From: Raja brachyura
Lineage: Eukaryota
Direction of reading: 5' to 3'
DNA: 64,000 bases
NCBI GenBank assembly: GCA_963514005.1
Contig: OY740782.1
Location: 116,622,001-116,686,000 of the forward strand
The notes beneath the pieces are model-generated. The model was given only the letters and a program-made list of their open reading frames with translations, searched no databases and was not told where the DNA came from. This document shows, in pieces, positions 23,318 to 34,186 of the stretch (within the stretch, counting starts at the first letter, position 1; each line of letters opens with the position of its first letter). The translations under genes were made by a program, and so were the position numbers.

Positions 23318-23540
23318 ATAAGATCATAAGTGATAGGAGCAGAATTAGCCATTTGGCCCAAGTCTATTCTGCCATTCAATCATGGCTGATCTATCTCCTT
23401 TCTAACCCCATTTTCCTGCATTCTCCCCATGACCTCCGACACGTGTACTAATAGAGAATCTATCTGTCTCTGCTTCAAATATATCCACTGACTTGGCCTC
23501 CACAGCCTTCTGTGGCAGAATTCCACAGATTCACCACCCT
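23318..23540 (-). mobile_element. CR1 3' tail fragment
   Basis: cataagtgataggagcagaattagccatt...gccttctgtggcagaattccacagattcaccacc, homologous to 50210-50450. Confidence 0.7.
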
Positions 23541-23544
23541 AGTA

Positions 23545-25085
23545 GGCAGTCACAGATTAAGTTATTGGTTGCTGAAAAATACAAGGTCAAGAGCTTTCTA
23601 GGGCACCACACATCAACCAGTGGAAAATCGGCGGAACAGGTGATACAAATGTTCCCCAACCGGATACCTTGGATGAATTGCAAGGTCCATTCCTAGCTGA
23701 AGTGCAAGTCTGCAGCATTTAAGTCAAACAATCCAGATTACTTCAAGAAATCTATCTACAACCATTGTAGAACTGTTGGGGATGTCATGAAGGAATTCCA
23801 GATCAAGCTGGAGTCCCGAGGCAATGTCACTGACATTTGTAGACTGTGGCAAGACTTGCATGCGATAATCAGCTTCAAAGCAAAGTTAGGCAGTATGGCT
23901 ATCAACAATGGGCACCTTCACGAAGAGCATTCTACGCCCACTATGAACAGATGGTCAGAGAAGGAACATCACCCTGCCATTCTCAGGTGTGCCTGTACAC
24001 AAAGTTACTGTGGCAGATGTAAGATCAGCCTTCCGCAGAATGAATCTGCAGAAAGCAACTGGCCCAGATGGCGATCCTGGCAACGTCTTTGGACCTGTGC
24101 AGATCAGATAGCGGGGTATTCAGTCTTTATTCATTTCACTACTCTATTCTGAGGGTTCCACCTGCTTCAAGAAGACCTCTTTCATCCTGTTCCAAAGAAA
24201 AATAATGTATACGCCTTCATCATTACTGTCCAGTGGCTCTGCCTTCTACCATCATGAAGTGCTTCAATAGACTGGTGATGGTGTCCCTTCCTATACTCCC
24301 TATGCATGTATGGCCAAAGTCAGTTCTAAGTCCATTTAAAAGTTTGCAGGTGACACCACTGGAGGGCTGAATTGCAAACAATGATGACATGGAGTACAGG
24401 AAATAGGCAGAGAACTTAGTAACATGGTGTCAGGACAATAACCTCTCACTCAATGTCAGCAAGATGATGGAGGTACCTATTGACCTCGGGAAGCACGGTG
24501 GAGTACATGCCAAAATCAGCATAAATGGTGCCAAAGTGAAAATGTTTGAAAATTTCAAGTTCTTTGGCATTAATAATACCAATGATCTGTCATGGACCAA
24601 CCACATTGATGTGATAGCCAAGAAGGCAACAAACCCCTCCACTTCTTCAGAAAACAGGAAATTGGCATGCCTCTAATAACTCTTACAAACTTCGAGAAGT
24701 GCACCATAGAAAGCATACTATCGGGTTGCATCACAGCTTGTTTGGGAATAGATCTGCCCAAGACTACAATAATTTGCAGAGTTGTAGATGTAGCCCAGTC
24801 CATCACATGGACCAGATTTACACTCCGCACTGTCTATGAAGAGCAGCCAACATAATGATAGACTTGCCCTCCTCCTTCCTGCTCCCATCCAGCAGAAAGT
24901 ACAGGAGCTTGAAAGTGGGCACCACCAGACTTGGGAACAGCTTCTTCCCCTCTTATCAGACTTCTGATCGGTCCTTCCATATGCTAGAGTACTGTCCGAT
25001 CCACCTCTGGGTCATTGCAGACATCGGACTTTGTCAATGGAACTGATGAGCTATAATGCTGAGAACTATATCCTGCACTTTATCT
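23545..25085 (+). mobile_element. Rex1/Babar-like LINE fragment (degraded RT)
   Basis: Peptides RLWQDLHAII, TCADQ, TCFKK, KFAGDTT, FKFFG...LSWTNHI..IAKKA and CTIESILSGCITA, characteristic of Rex-Babar ORF2. Confidence 0.75.
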
Positions 25086-25119
25086 TTGATCATTGCGGAC
25101 CGACCCTCCAGAGTCTTTT

Positions 25120-25780
25120 TTCTGGCTTTCCAGTCTGTCATTGTGACGTCCCCAATGCAGCCAATCAAGGAATTCTGCACAAACAAAAATCTCTGTTCTG
25201 CAGGAAGGATTTAATGCACAAGCTAGCGAACTCTAAAGGTAGCATTTAAGGATTTCAATCCAAATTCACCATCAAAGATGCAATTTATAATTTATAATGC
25301 GTGTGGAGTTCTGTGAAGAATTGAACTTTGAGGAGAGCCCGGAGGAGACTTTACAGTACATTATGTTTGAGAACGATTCCTCTGATGAGAAGGATTTTAA
25401 AGGTTTCAAAGGAAGCAAAGAGAAGCTAATTAGTGAAAACCTGAATATCCTTAAAACTATTGAATCCTCAAATCCCCTCGTTCGTAGTGACAAATAACTT
25501 GAAGAAAGGGCGAATTTGGATGCTGATGTTGATGTCAACATTAACTGATGATTAAATCATCCAAAATATTATTGAGCAAATTATTGCATCAGGTGAAGAT
25601 TCTAAGGAAGACGACAGCCAACCCTATCCAGCTAAAAAATTTCTATGCCAAAAAGAACTCTGGAATCTATCTTCAGATTCTGAGAGAAGAATTTCACTGC
25701 AGGTCTAAAAAAAGGGCATTTGAAAGTTTGTGCCTTGGGTTTGGAAAGCATTTACAAAACCTTCTATTTCTGCACCTTTA
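25120..25780 (+). mobile_element. Possible decayed DNA-transposon 5' region (acidic transposase-like peptide behind promoter motifs)
   Basis: TGACGT and CCAAT motifs at about 25144-25166, then ORF 25297-25497 with FENDSSDEKDFKGF, reminiscent of acidic S-D-x-E-D-F-x-G-F motifs of piggyBac/pogo proteins. Confidence 0.25.
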
Positions 25781-26177
25781 ACATCGTCAGCAGTTGGTAT
25801 TAGTGTAGTGGACAAACTTTAATAGTATATAACAATATAATGGTGAAAAATTCAAGTGTACAGTAATTTAAAATTACTATGTACAGTACAGTGGATTAGT
25901 CCTGCACTAAATGTCTCACTCGTGCACTATGATAAATGATTATGTTTGACAGTGAGAAGAGAGTTGTTCTATAGAAAGACATCAGTGAGCTGGTCACATG
26001 GGAAGAAAAGTATTAATTAAATATGTGTTAAATAATGTGTTTGAGGTGCAGAAGGCCAACAAAGGACCACACATTTAAATGCAAAGTAACCAAACATTGT
26101 AGAGGACCAAAGATAAAAAGATGTAGGCCATTCATCCCTTTGAGTCTGACCTATAATTCATTGAGGTAATGGATTTT

Positions 26178-26465
26178 TGATTTCGGATCTAATACTCTCT
26201 CCCTAGTCTGGTTCAGGAAAACCACTGAGTCTGTGTTTCAGTGTATTGAAACATAACAAACCACTTGAGGAACCCAGACTTCATGGCGACAGGTGGGTCA
26301 CATGGGCAGAAGCTTCCTGGAGCTTCTTCAGAGGTCCAGACTTACTGGCGACAGCTAGGTCACATGGGTCTCCAGCACCTTGCAATGTATTATCACTATC
26401 AGTGAAGCCCAGTCTTTCACAGACACCTGCCATTTCCAAAGTTCAGAAATCCCTGCATATCTACA
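26178..26465 (-). mobile_element. Putative 3' LTR of endogenous retrovirus
   Basis: On the minus strand the polypurine tract AAAAGGGGGGAA (26466-26477) is followed directly by TG (TGTAGA...); candidate CA end near 26178; internal direct repeat of about 33 bp (26273-26308, 26335-26370). Confidence 0.6.
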
Positions 26466-26825
26466 TTCCCCCCTTTTATCATTCCATGATAACCAGCACT
26501 TTCCGTAAAGGATTCCATTACATGATCTTTACAAGCAGGGAGAAATGACAACAGACCATAATTCAGTAGTCCAACAGTGATGATGGTGAAGTTGTGCTAG
26601 GAGTAAGTCTCCACTGCCCGACTTTTCATGGGCGTAGATTCTAAGACATGCGAGCAATGAGTTTCCACCCCCAAACTGTTTATGGGCATGGATCCTCTTG
26701 GGCCAATCACGTTAGTATGCATCCTTCTTATGCCCAGTAGTCCAAGGCAAACGAAGGGCAGCAGTGTCTAAGGGAACTCAACTCATCCATACTAAAAGAA
26801 ATCTCTCAAAGAAAAGTTAGCAGTT

Positions 26826-29800
26826 TAAATTTTACTACCGATAATTTTACAATGGTGAAGATGGACCCACACATTTCTCCCTTCTACCTTGGCAGCAGCC
26901 TGGGTTGTGAGGATGAGCTAATAAGGTCCTTCCCACCAAGCATCCAAACCCTTTCTTACCCAATTTTTTACAATCATAAAATCACCGGGCTCAATTCTAG
27001 ATGAGGTAGTTAAAGGTGGTAGTTCAATGTATGCCGCTCGTACCCTGGAATGCAAATCTTTTAATACTCTGGACAATGATAGGACATAATCAGTCAGTTT
27101 TGTGGTCAATGATGGAAATGAACAACTCTTGAGGTACTCTGGTTCCATGGGGTTCTGATTAGACGACCATATCCAATTTCTGCTGGGCTCAAGCATGCTC
27201 TCCCTGCTGGTGTATTGCGCATCTGGAATAATGCTACAGGAAGTAATTTAAACCAATTAACCCCTGTCTCAGCTCTTAGCAAGTTTCATTTTTAATGTCT
27301 GGTTAGCTCTTTCAACAAGCCCAGCAGATGGTGGTTGATAGGCGCAGTGTAACTGCTGCTAGATGCCCATTTGTTCGCAAAATTCTTTTTTTATCTGTCC
27401 TACAAAATGAGGACCATTATCTGAACTTAGCCAAATTAGAATTCCGTATCTCGGAATAATCTCTCTCATGAGTACCTTGACCACTGTAGAGGCTTTGTTG
27501 TCCACTGTAGGATAGGCTTCAATCCACTTGCTGAATACATCATCTACAAATACCAACACATACTTATATCCCTGACATCTTTCCAACTCAATGTAGTTCA
27601 TCTGGAGGGTTTCAAAGGGACCTATGGCTAAGGATGTTTTCCCACTTCCACAGTTTTCACCTTTCCTGGGATTATGTTGCTGAAAGATCAGACAACAGCT
27701 ATTAATTGTCTGTGCCAGAATCTGCAACCTCAGATGCCACCATGTAGCTAACAGTGTATCGCTGCTTGCCTGAGCACCTTGATGAGTTGCAAAGTGTAGA
27801 CATTTAATAACCCACATTGCTAATTCATCTGACATAAAAGATTTATCCTGCCAGGGTAACCCACAATCCTGACAGACAATCAACCTTGTTTCCATAATTT
27901 TGCATTTCTCACAGGAGCGTCCTCCTGTAACCTAATGACGTCTTGGCTTTTCCGAGGAGACTTGTCTTTATCTACACTTTTAGTCTACCTCATCAGGGTA
28001 CAACCACCCTGCGCTCCTGTGACATTTCTATAGCTTCTTGGTCAGCACGACAAATGTCCTTTATCTACTGGGGTTGACCTGTAGTACGGGCACTACATTT
28101 TATCACGAAAATTTGTTTTGGCAACATTAAGGCTTGTAACAGGTCCGATACTAATTTCCGGTGGGATATCTGCGTTCCCGCTGAAGTGAAAAATCCTCTG
28201 TTCCTCCACAACTGGCAAAAGTCATGGACCACTCCAAAGGCATACCTCGAATCGGTGTAAACATTCGCGCTTATATTCTTCCCTACAATACAGGCTCTTA
28301 TTAAGGCAAACCGTTCTGATTGTTGGGCAGAGAATGGTGCTTCAGAGGCAGCTGCTTCTGTACTACTCCCAGTTTGATCTACAATGGCATATCCAGAAAG
28401 CCTTTCTCCTAGGGGTACAATTGATGCCATCCACATATAGGGTTAGGTCCGGGTCTGCCATAGGAATATTTGTTAAATCCTTCCTAACAGAAGTATATTC
28501 CTTGATTACAAATAGGCAGTCATGCCCTGATTCCATCTGTTCTTCCGGTGGTTTATCGAGAAAGGATGCTGGATTGATGGTAGTACAATACTTGAACTGC
28601 AATTTGGGGTTGTTGAACAGGTATATTTCATACTTATTCTGGCAAGCCATGGTGAGGTGTTGAGTTTGCAGCTGTCCAGCAAGGCAGCAACTGAGTGAGA
28701 ACTGTATACTGTTCTGTTGTAAAATCAAATTAGCAGCTGATTATAAGCTGTTGTAGATCGCAGTCAAGATGTGTGTGCAAATTGGATGTCCTTGTGTTAC
28801 AGGATCAATCTTTGAGGAGTAGTAAGTTACTGGTCGATGTTTGTCTCGATGTTTCTTGGTGAGAACTACAGTGGAGCAATCAGAGAGGACTGTACAATAT
28901 AATTGGAATGGTCGATCATAAAGTGGCCGTCCTAATGCTGGTGCCTGTAACAGACATTTCTTCAGATTATCAAAGGCTTCTTGAGCTTCCTCAAACAATT
29001 GAAACTTGCCTCCATAGTAGTGTATGGTGTTAATTTTTTAGTGTCCAGAGCAATCTTAGGTATCCACTGTCGACAATAGTTTACCATGCTGAGCCATTGT
29101 ATCTTTTGCTTTGTCTCCCGTGGTGCAGGGAATTCACAGATTGGTTCGACTCGGCAGTTCTCCAGACTCTGTTCTGTTGCTGATAGTATCACACCAAGGA
29201 ATTTCACCTTCTGCTGGACCATTAACACCTTTGATATCCCAGTGCTGATAGATGATTTAATAACTGAGTGGTATCTTTGTGGTTGCTTTCTTCATCTTGG
29301 CTGGCTACAAGTAAATCATCCACAAACTGAACTAGGGTGGAGCCACATTGAAAGCTTAAGGTTTGCAGCTGGAGACATCTGAAAATAATGTGGAGAATTC
29401 ACAAATCCTTGAGGCAATTGAGCCCATGTGTACTGTTGTCAGTTGTAGGTGAAGGCGAAAAGTTACTGACTGTCCTGGTGCAGAGGTAGGGAGAAGAAGG
29501 CATGTTGTGAGTCCACTATTGAGAGATCTGTGCCTGTGCTGGAATTTGGGCTAAGATGTGAGCTGGATTAGGCACCAATGCATGAAGTGGTTCTACTATG
29601 GCATTAATGGACCGCAAATCCTGAACCAATCTGTACTGGTCTGGTTTCCCTGCTTTGGGTACTGCGAGGATGGTGTGTTACAATAGGATTGACATTTAAC
29701 CAGAATGCCCTGTTCTAGCAATCCTTGAATTAACTTATTAGTGCTTGGTATTGCCTGCTGCTTCAGCAAGTACTGTTGCATAGAAGTCAGTGTTACATTT

Positions 29801-30215
29801 TTCTGGAGAGCTACCTGGATGGAATCAATCTGAACACATCCTACCTGACTAGGGTCTTCTGCCCACACCTGTGGGTCCACATACTCTTGTACCTCACTCC
29901 CCAGATGATGGCGTAACTGCGTTATCTCACTCCCCAGATGATGGCTTAACTGCGTTGTAACCCTCCTTGGTGGGTGATGGAATTGAACAGAACAATTATT
30001 AGGTAATTCTTGTTCCTGGCTCGTGTTTGGATTCGTCAGACTGATTGCTCGCTTAACCTTAGCTCCTAAATACTTTGCATGAGATGGGAAGTTCACCTTT
30101 GTTATATGCGGGGCAACCTCAGAAAACTGCTTCCACAATTCCGAAGGTACCTCACATATTTTGCTGTTCCCTGTGGTCCTAATTGCCCCTTAGTATATCT
30201 CACTACAAAACCATT
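26826..30215 (-). pseudogene. Endogenous retrovirus pol (class I, gamma/epsilon-like): 2H-like segment, RT, RNase H, integrase; many stops and frameshifts
   Basis: VDPQVWA...CNTP, YRLVQDLR.IN, LPQGFVNSP, QFVDDLLV (RT); LYVDG, VYTDSRYAFGVVHDF (RNase H); HFATHQG, SSDNGPHF, GLVERANQTLK, WEGPY (integrase). Confidence 0.92.
29893..29958. repeat. 33-bp tandem duplication inside ERV pol
   Basis: ctcactccccagatgatggcgtaactgcgttat / ctcactccccagatgatggcttaactgcgttgt; gives duplicated TQL.HHLGSE peptide in frame. Confidence 0.9.
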
Positions 30216-30995
30216 TGTGTTGGAAAACGGTGGGTATGAAGGTATCCCTGGGAAGTCTGATCAATTGTTCACTAAACACATGCATTCCATGCATCAATGT
30301 CATACTGTCCCATCAAAAGGCAGTGAGAAGACCCCACAGACCTTTCTAACCAAAAGCCCTTCACTCGTGGCAGCCCAATCTCTGAGGCTGTCACACTTGC
30401 TGTAGGAGGCAAAAAACATGCAGTTGTTTCTCTGCTTCCCTTTTTATATACTCAAACGTACTCCAGTCAGCTGAAATAAGTCAACCTGAACCGACCGCAA
30501 CTAGCATCATGATAACATCAGCCAACAGGTTTGCGCAGATGATACACAGCTCCACACCAGGTACACAGCTGTTTTAACCTGTCTCTGAACTACCGTTTGA
30601 ATCCAGCAGTATTGAATTTTGGCACCCTTGCCGAATCAGTGGAGATAGTAAAATCATAAATTCCTGAGTGATTCATCTCTATGTTTTTGAAATGTTATTG
30701 TGGGTGTTCAACTGCTATTCTTAGTGGGTATTAAAATAATTGTCTAATTTTGGTGCATGGTTTTATCCTTTTTAGAGGTAAAGGGAATATTTTCCATGAA
30801 ATGTTATGTTTGTGTCCTGCAAAATGGATTTAAATTGCAGTCTTTTTATCAGCGAGGTGAATTTATCTCAGCATGATGTGTAGTTTATATCTTGAAATGT
30901 TTTGCAAGGTCAAATAGCATTTAGCACATGGTGAGTGATAAAAAGGTTTTGTGTTGAGTGAAGAAACTGAGCAGCGTGATGCTGTGTTCTTGCAG

Positions 30996-31196
30996 CAGGG
31001 GAGCGAGAACACTGGCTTTTCTCATCCCGAGATCCAGCTTCAACGGCAGCACCAGCAACAACTCCAGAAACAACAGACCGTTCGGAAGGTCACATTGACA
31101 AAAGGAGCGCAACAGCATAGACTGCAGCAACAGCGGCAGCAGTCTGTACCACAGCTGCTGGGAATGGCAAATAATTTAGTCAGTCAACAGAACCGG
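30996..31196 (+). CDS. RBM33: RBM33 coding exon (NAGNAG acceptor, may start at 30999)
   Basis: Acceptor gtgttcttgcag|CAG|GGG; encodes (Q)GSENTGFSHPE...VRKVTLTKG..., comparable to RBM33 GESDGFFHPE...RKVTLTRG; donor CGG|gtaagc, phase 0. Confidence 0.88.
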
Positions 31197-32892
31197 GTAA
31201 GCATGTGTACTTTTCAAATGCTGGAAATGCCGTATGTTGTGTTGATAAAAGAGGTTCAAAGTATTACAATCTCCTCAACCACAAAGGCAGTAATGGGCCA
31301 GCGATGCGAAATTATTACAATATGCTTGTATATGTTTTGGCAGAAGATAAGTTTAATACTGTGTTTCAACTTAAAAGTGAAAGAAGTACTCACCTGGGAT
31401 GTTGTTACATTTTGTCTATTGAAATGATGTTAACAGATTTTATAAATCTCACCAATTATGTACCTGCTTTAAGGTGGCATGCTGTAGAGTTCCTTTTTAG
31501 CAATGCTACCGTTTGCAAGCAGTGTCAGTTGCTGACGTGTTGTTAAAGTGATTTGCTTTTTACCTTGAGGTCAGTAGTGGGTTGAGGGGGAAGGATGACA
31601 AGGAACATTGGGGTACTTTTCAACTATGCTCTGCTCATTACAATCTAGCACTATTGCTGTAAGTTTACTTGTTTGTCTAATGTGGTCTTCATTGAAATTG
31701 GATTGTGCACCAGGTTTACTTTCCATTGTGGATAAAGGTAGTCATTGAAAATGGGCCTTGCTGAAGTTCATCAACATGATTTGTCTGTATTGCAGTGTCG
31801 AGAAAGTCACCAGCTAATTTGTTCATGGCAAAATCCTGAAAGCAATGAACTTTAAAAATCAAACTAAGCTATTTTACAGATGTTCGGATCTTGTCATTAC
31901 AGCAGTGCAGTATTTAATTTGCCTGCAAAACTGTACAAGGACATGTGGTTTGAAGAGCTTTGAATAATAGCAAGTTTTTCCCTTAAACACAGGCTAATTA
32001 AAAGCATACCTGGGGTTGAAAGAAAGTATTAATAGTTATTTTGAACCTACTTGATTTCAAACATTTAAACAGCTTTCATTTTATCTGATGCTACTTTGCA
32101 AATTAACGGTTTATTAAAAATACACTTCAAAACTTGTAGATTGGTGGAATTTGAACTTGGCCATTGGGTTGGTTATTTGATTCTCTAACCACAATGCCAC
32201 TGTATTTGCACACTAAAGATTTGCCTCTGCTGTGTTATCAGGTTGTGATGTTATAGTTATAAGTTAAAATATGACATCAGGAACTTTTAGTCTGGGATTA
32301 AGTAAACCCCAGAAAACATTCTGTTAATTATCAGATGTCAAGACACTTGCTCTGATGCTGGCATTAAATGAAATTTTAGATTTCACTCTACTGAAAATAC
32401 TAAATTTTCGATTTAATTGTCTACTCTTAGAAATTTGAGGCTGAAGTTGAATAATCATATTCAGGACTTTTACCAAAGGGTTGAGGGAGGTCTATGCTTT
32501 CATTACATCTGGTTTCTAGTGGAGATTTTGCTAATTATGTGCAGCGTGCCCTTAATTGCATTGTCATTGATTTCTGTTATTTGAGTGTTGGCCAAGTGGC
32601 AATCTATTCCATCTTGGATTCCCTGAGCTGGTTCCACTGGCTTGTAGGGGAACTTCCATATAATGGTGTTTCCATGTCTTAGCTTTCCTTATCCTTCTAA
32701 GCTGGTAGAGATTGTGAGTTTGGTGCAATGAATCCTGTAGATGGTACAAACTGTTGCCATCGTGCATCGGTGAAGTGAATGGATTGTTGTGAACGGGGTG
32801 CCTTTTAAGCTTGCTGCTCTGCACTGTGTGATGTTGAGCTTCTAGATTGTTTTCAAATTCCACTCAATGAGGCTAGTGGAAAGTATTCCATC

Positions 32893-34186
32893 CTACACGT
32901 GCCGTGAGTAATTACTCAGGGTAGGCACTCAGTCCGCTTTTTTAAAAAAACGCGCATGCGCAGATTTCTTGCGTCATTAAATAAATAAATAAATAAATAA
33001 ATAGAAACAGTGACATTTCAATTTGTCCTTCCTAGGCTTCCTAGTCCGAGACCAATTGGGGGAACAGTTCCTTTCACAGCATGTGGAGAGTCTGTGCCAG
33101 GGGTAAAGTTGTGGGGAGGGCACGAGTGTTGAGATGGAGGGGGTCGGGGTATAATGCCAGTAACTCACTCACCGCTGCCACAGCTCTCCGGGCGCAAAGC
33201 CACGCACTGTAGCTGGGGACAGAATCAGCTCGGGGAGCTACAATCGGCCACCGGGGCCCAACAGCAGAACTGGCCGCTACTTCAGCGCCTTCTGCCGGCC
33301 CACTCACCTTTGGCAGTGCTCTCCGTCGGAACACCTGTCACCTGCCGTTCGCCGACTTCGCTTATGTCAGCAGCTTCCTGCAAATCCTTAAGTTCCCACA
33401 GCCGAGTAACCTCAATCGCGCATGGGAATTTAAGGACATGATAGAGGTTTTTAGATGGAGAGCTGCCAGAGGTCAGCGGGGACCGGCGGAAGGAGCTAAC
33501 GTGGCGGCTGGTTCCGCTGTCCGGCCCGGCGGCCGCTCAGCCACCCGACCTACTTCTCTCTCCCACCCCCCACCCCCGGCCTCAATGTGGTGGCATTCCA
33601 CGCCTCCGTGCAAGGAGCGTCGCAAGTAGCATTATCCCAATCCCCTCCTTCATAACATTCGTGCCCTCCCAGCAACTTTACCCTGGGCCAGACTCCCCAA
33701 ACGTTGTGAAAGGAGCTCTCCCCTCACCACCACTCCCCGGGAAAAACAGTATTTAAAAACATAAACACAAAATTTACTTACCACATCATTGGTACACAAA
33801 CTCCATTCTTATCTCCCTGTTACCTAACATACACTTAAAATATTGACAAACCATATTTGAAAACCCTGCCAAGAAACATGCGCTGCGCATGCGCAGTAGA
33901 CTGATGCGCATGCGCAGTGCAGAAAAGGCAGAATTTGTGCTGCCTTCAGCCCCGCTTGAAATTGACGGCTTCAGGCAGCGCTGACAGCACGTGGGCTGCA
34001 CAGACCTTCCCGTGTTACAAGCGCTGTGGATGAAAGGCACGGAGAATTATGCCTACCGAAGAGATCGATCCCTTACATAGGCATAATCCTCCCATGCCTT
34101 TATTATTTATATTTAGTTATTACTATGTTATAATTTTAGTCAGGGTAGGCAGTGCCTACCTTGCCTACCCTGACGCCACGTGCCTG
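32893..34186. mobile_element. Non-autonomous hAT-like element, CpG-rich, 8-bp TSD
   Basis: ATTCCATC at 32885-32892 and 34187-34194; right end ...tgacgccacgtgcctg, degenerate left end ctacacgtgccgtgag; cagggtaggca subterminal repeats; interrupts an old LINE. Confidence 0.75.
32978..33003 (+). repeat. (TAAA)n microsatellite
   Basis: taaataaataaataaataaataaata. Confidence 0.9.

Noticed and set aside
29893-29958. Repeat pair that might suggest a CRISPR-like array
   Set aside because: Only two adjacent copies with no spacer, in eukaryotic ERV sequence; a simple tandem duplication.
30218-30600. Candidate 5' LTR matching the ERV 3' LTR
   Set aside because: No visible similarity to 26178-26465 and no primer-binding site next to it; kept only as an unassigned LTR/promoter-like segment.
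33074-33629. GC-rich ORFs and CpG-island-like segment suggesting a gene start
   Set aside because: Lies within a TSD-flanked non-autonomous transposon; no coherent protein.
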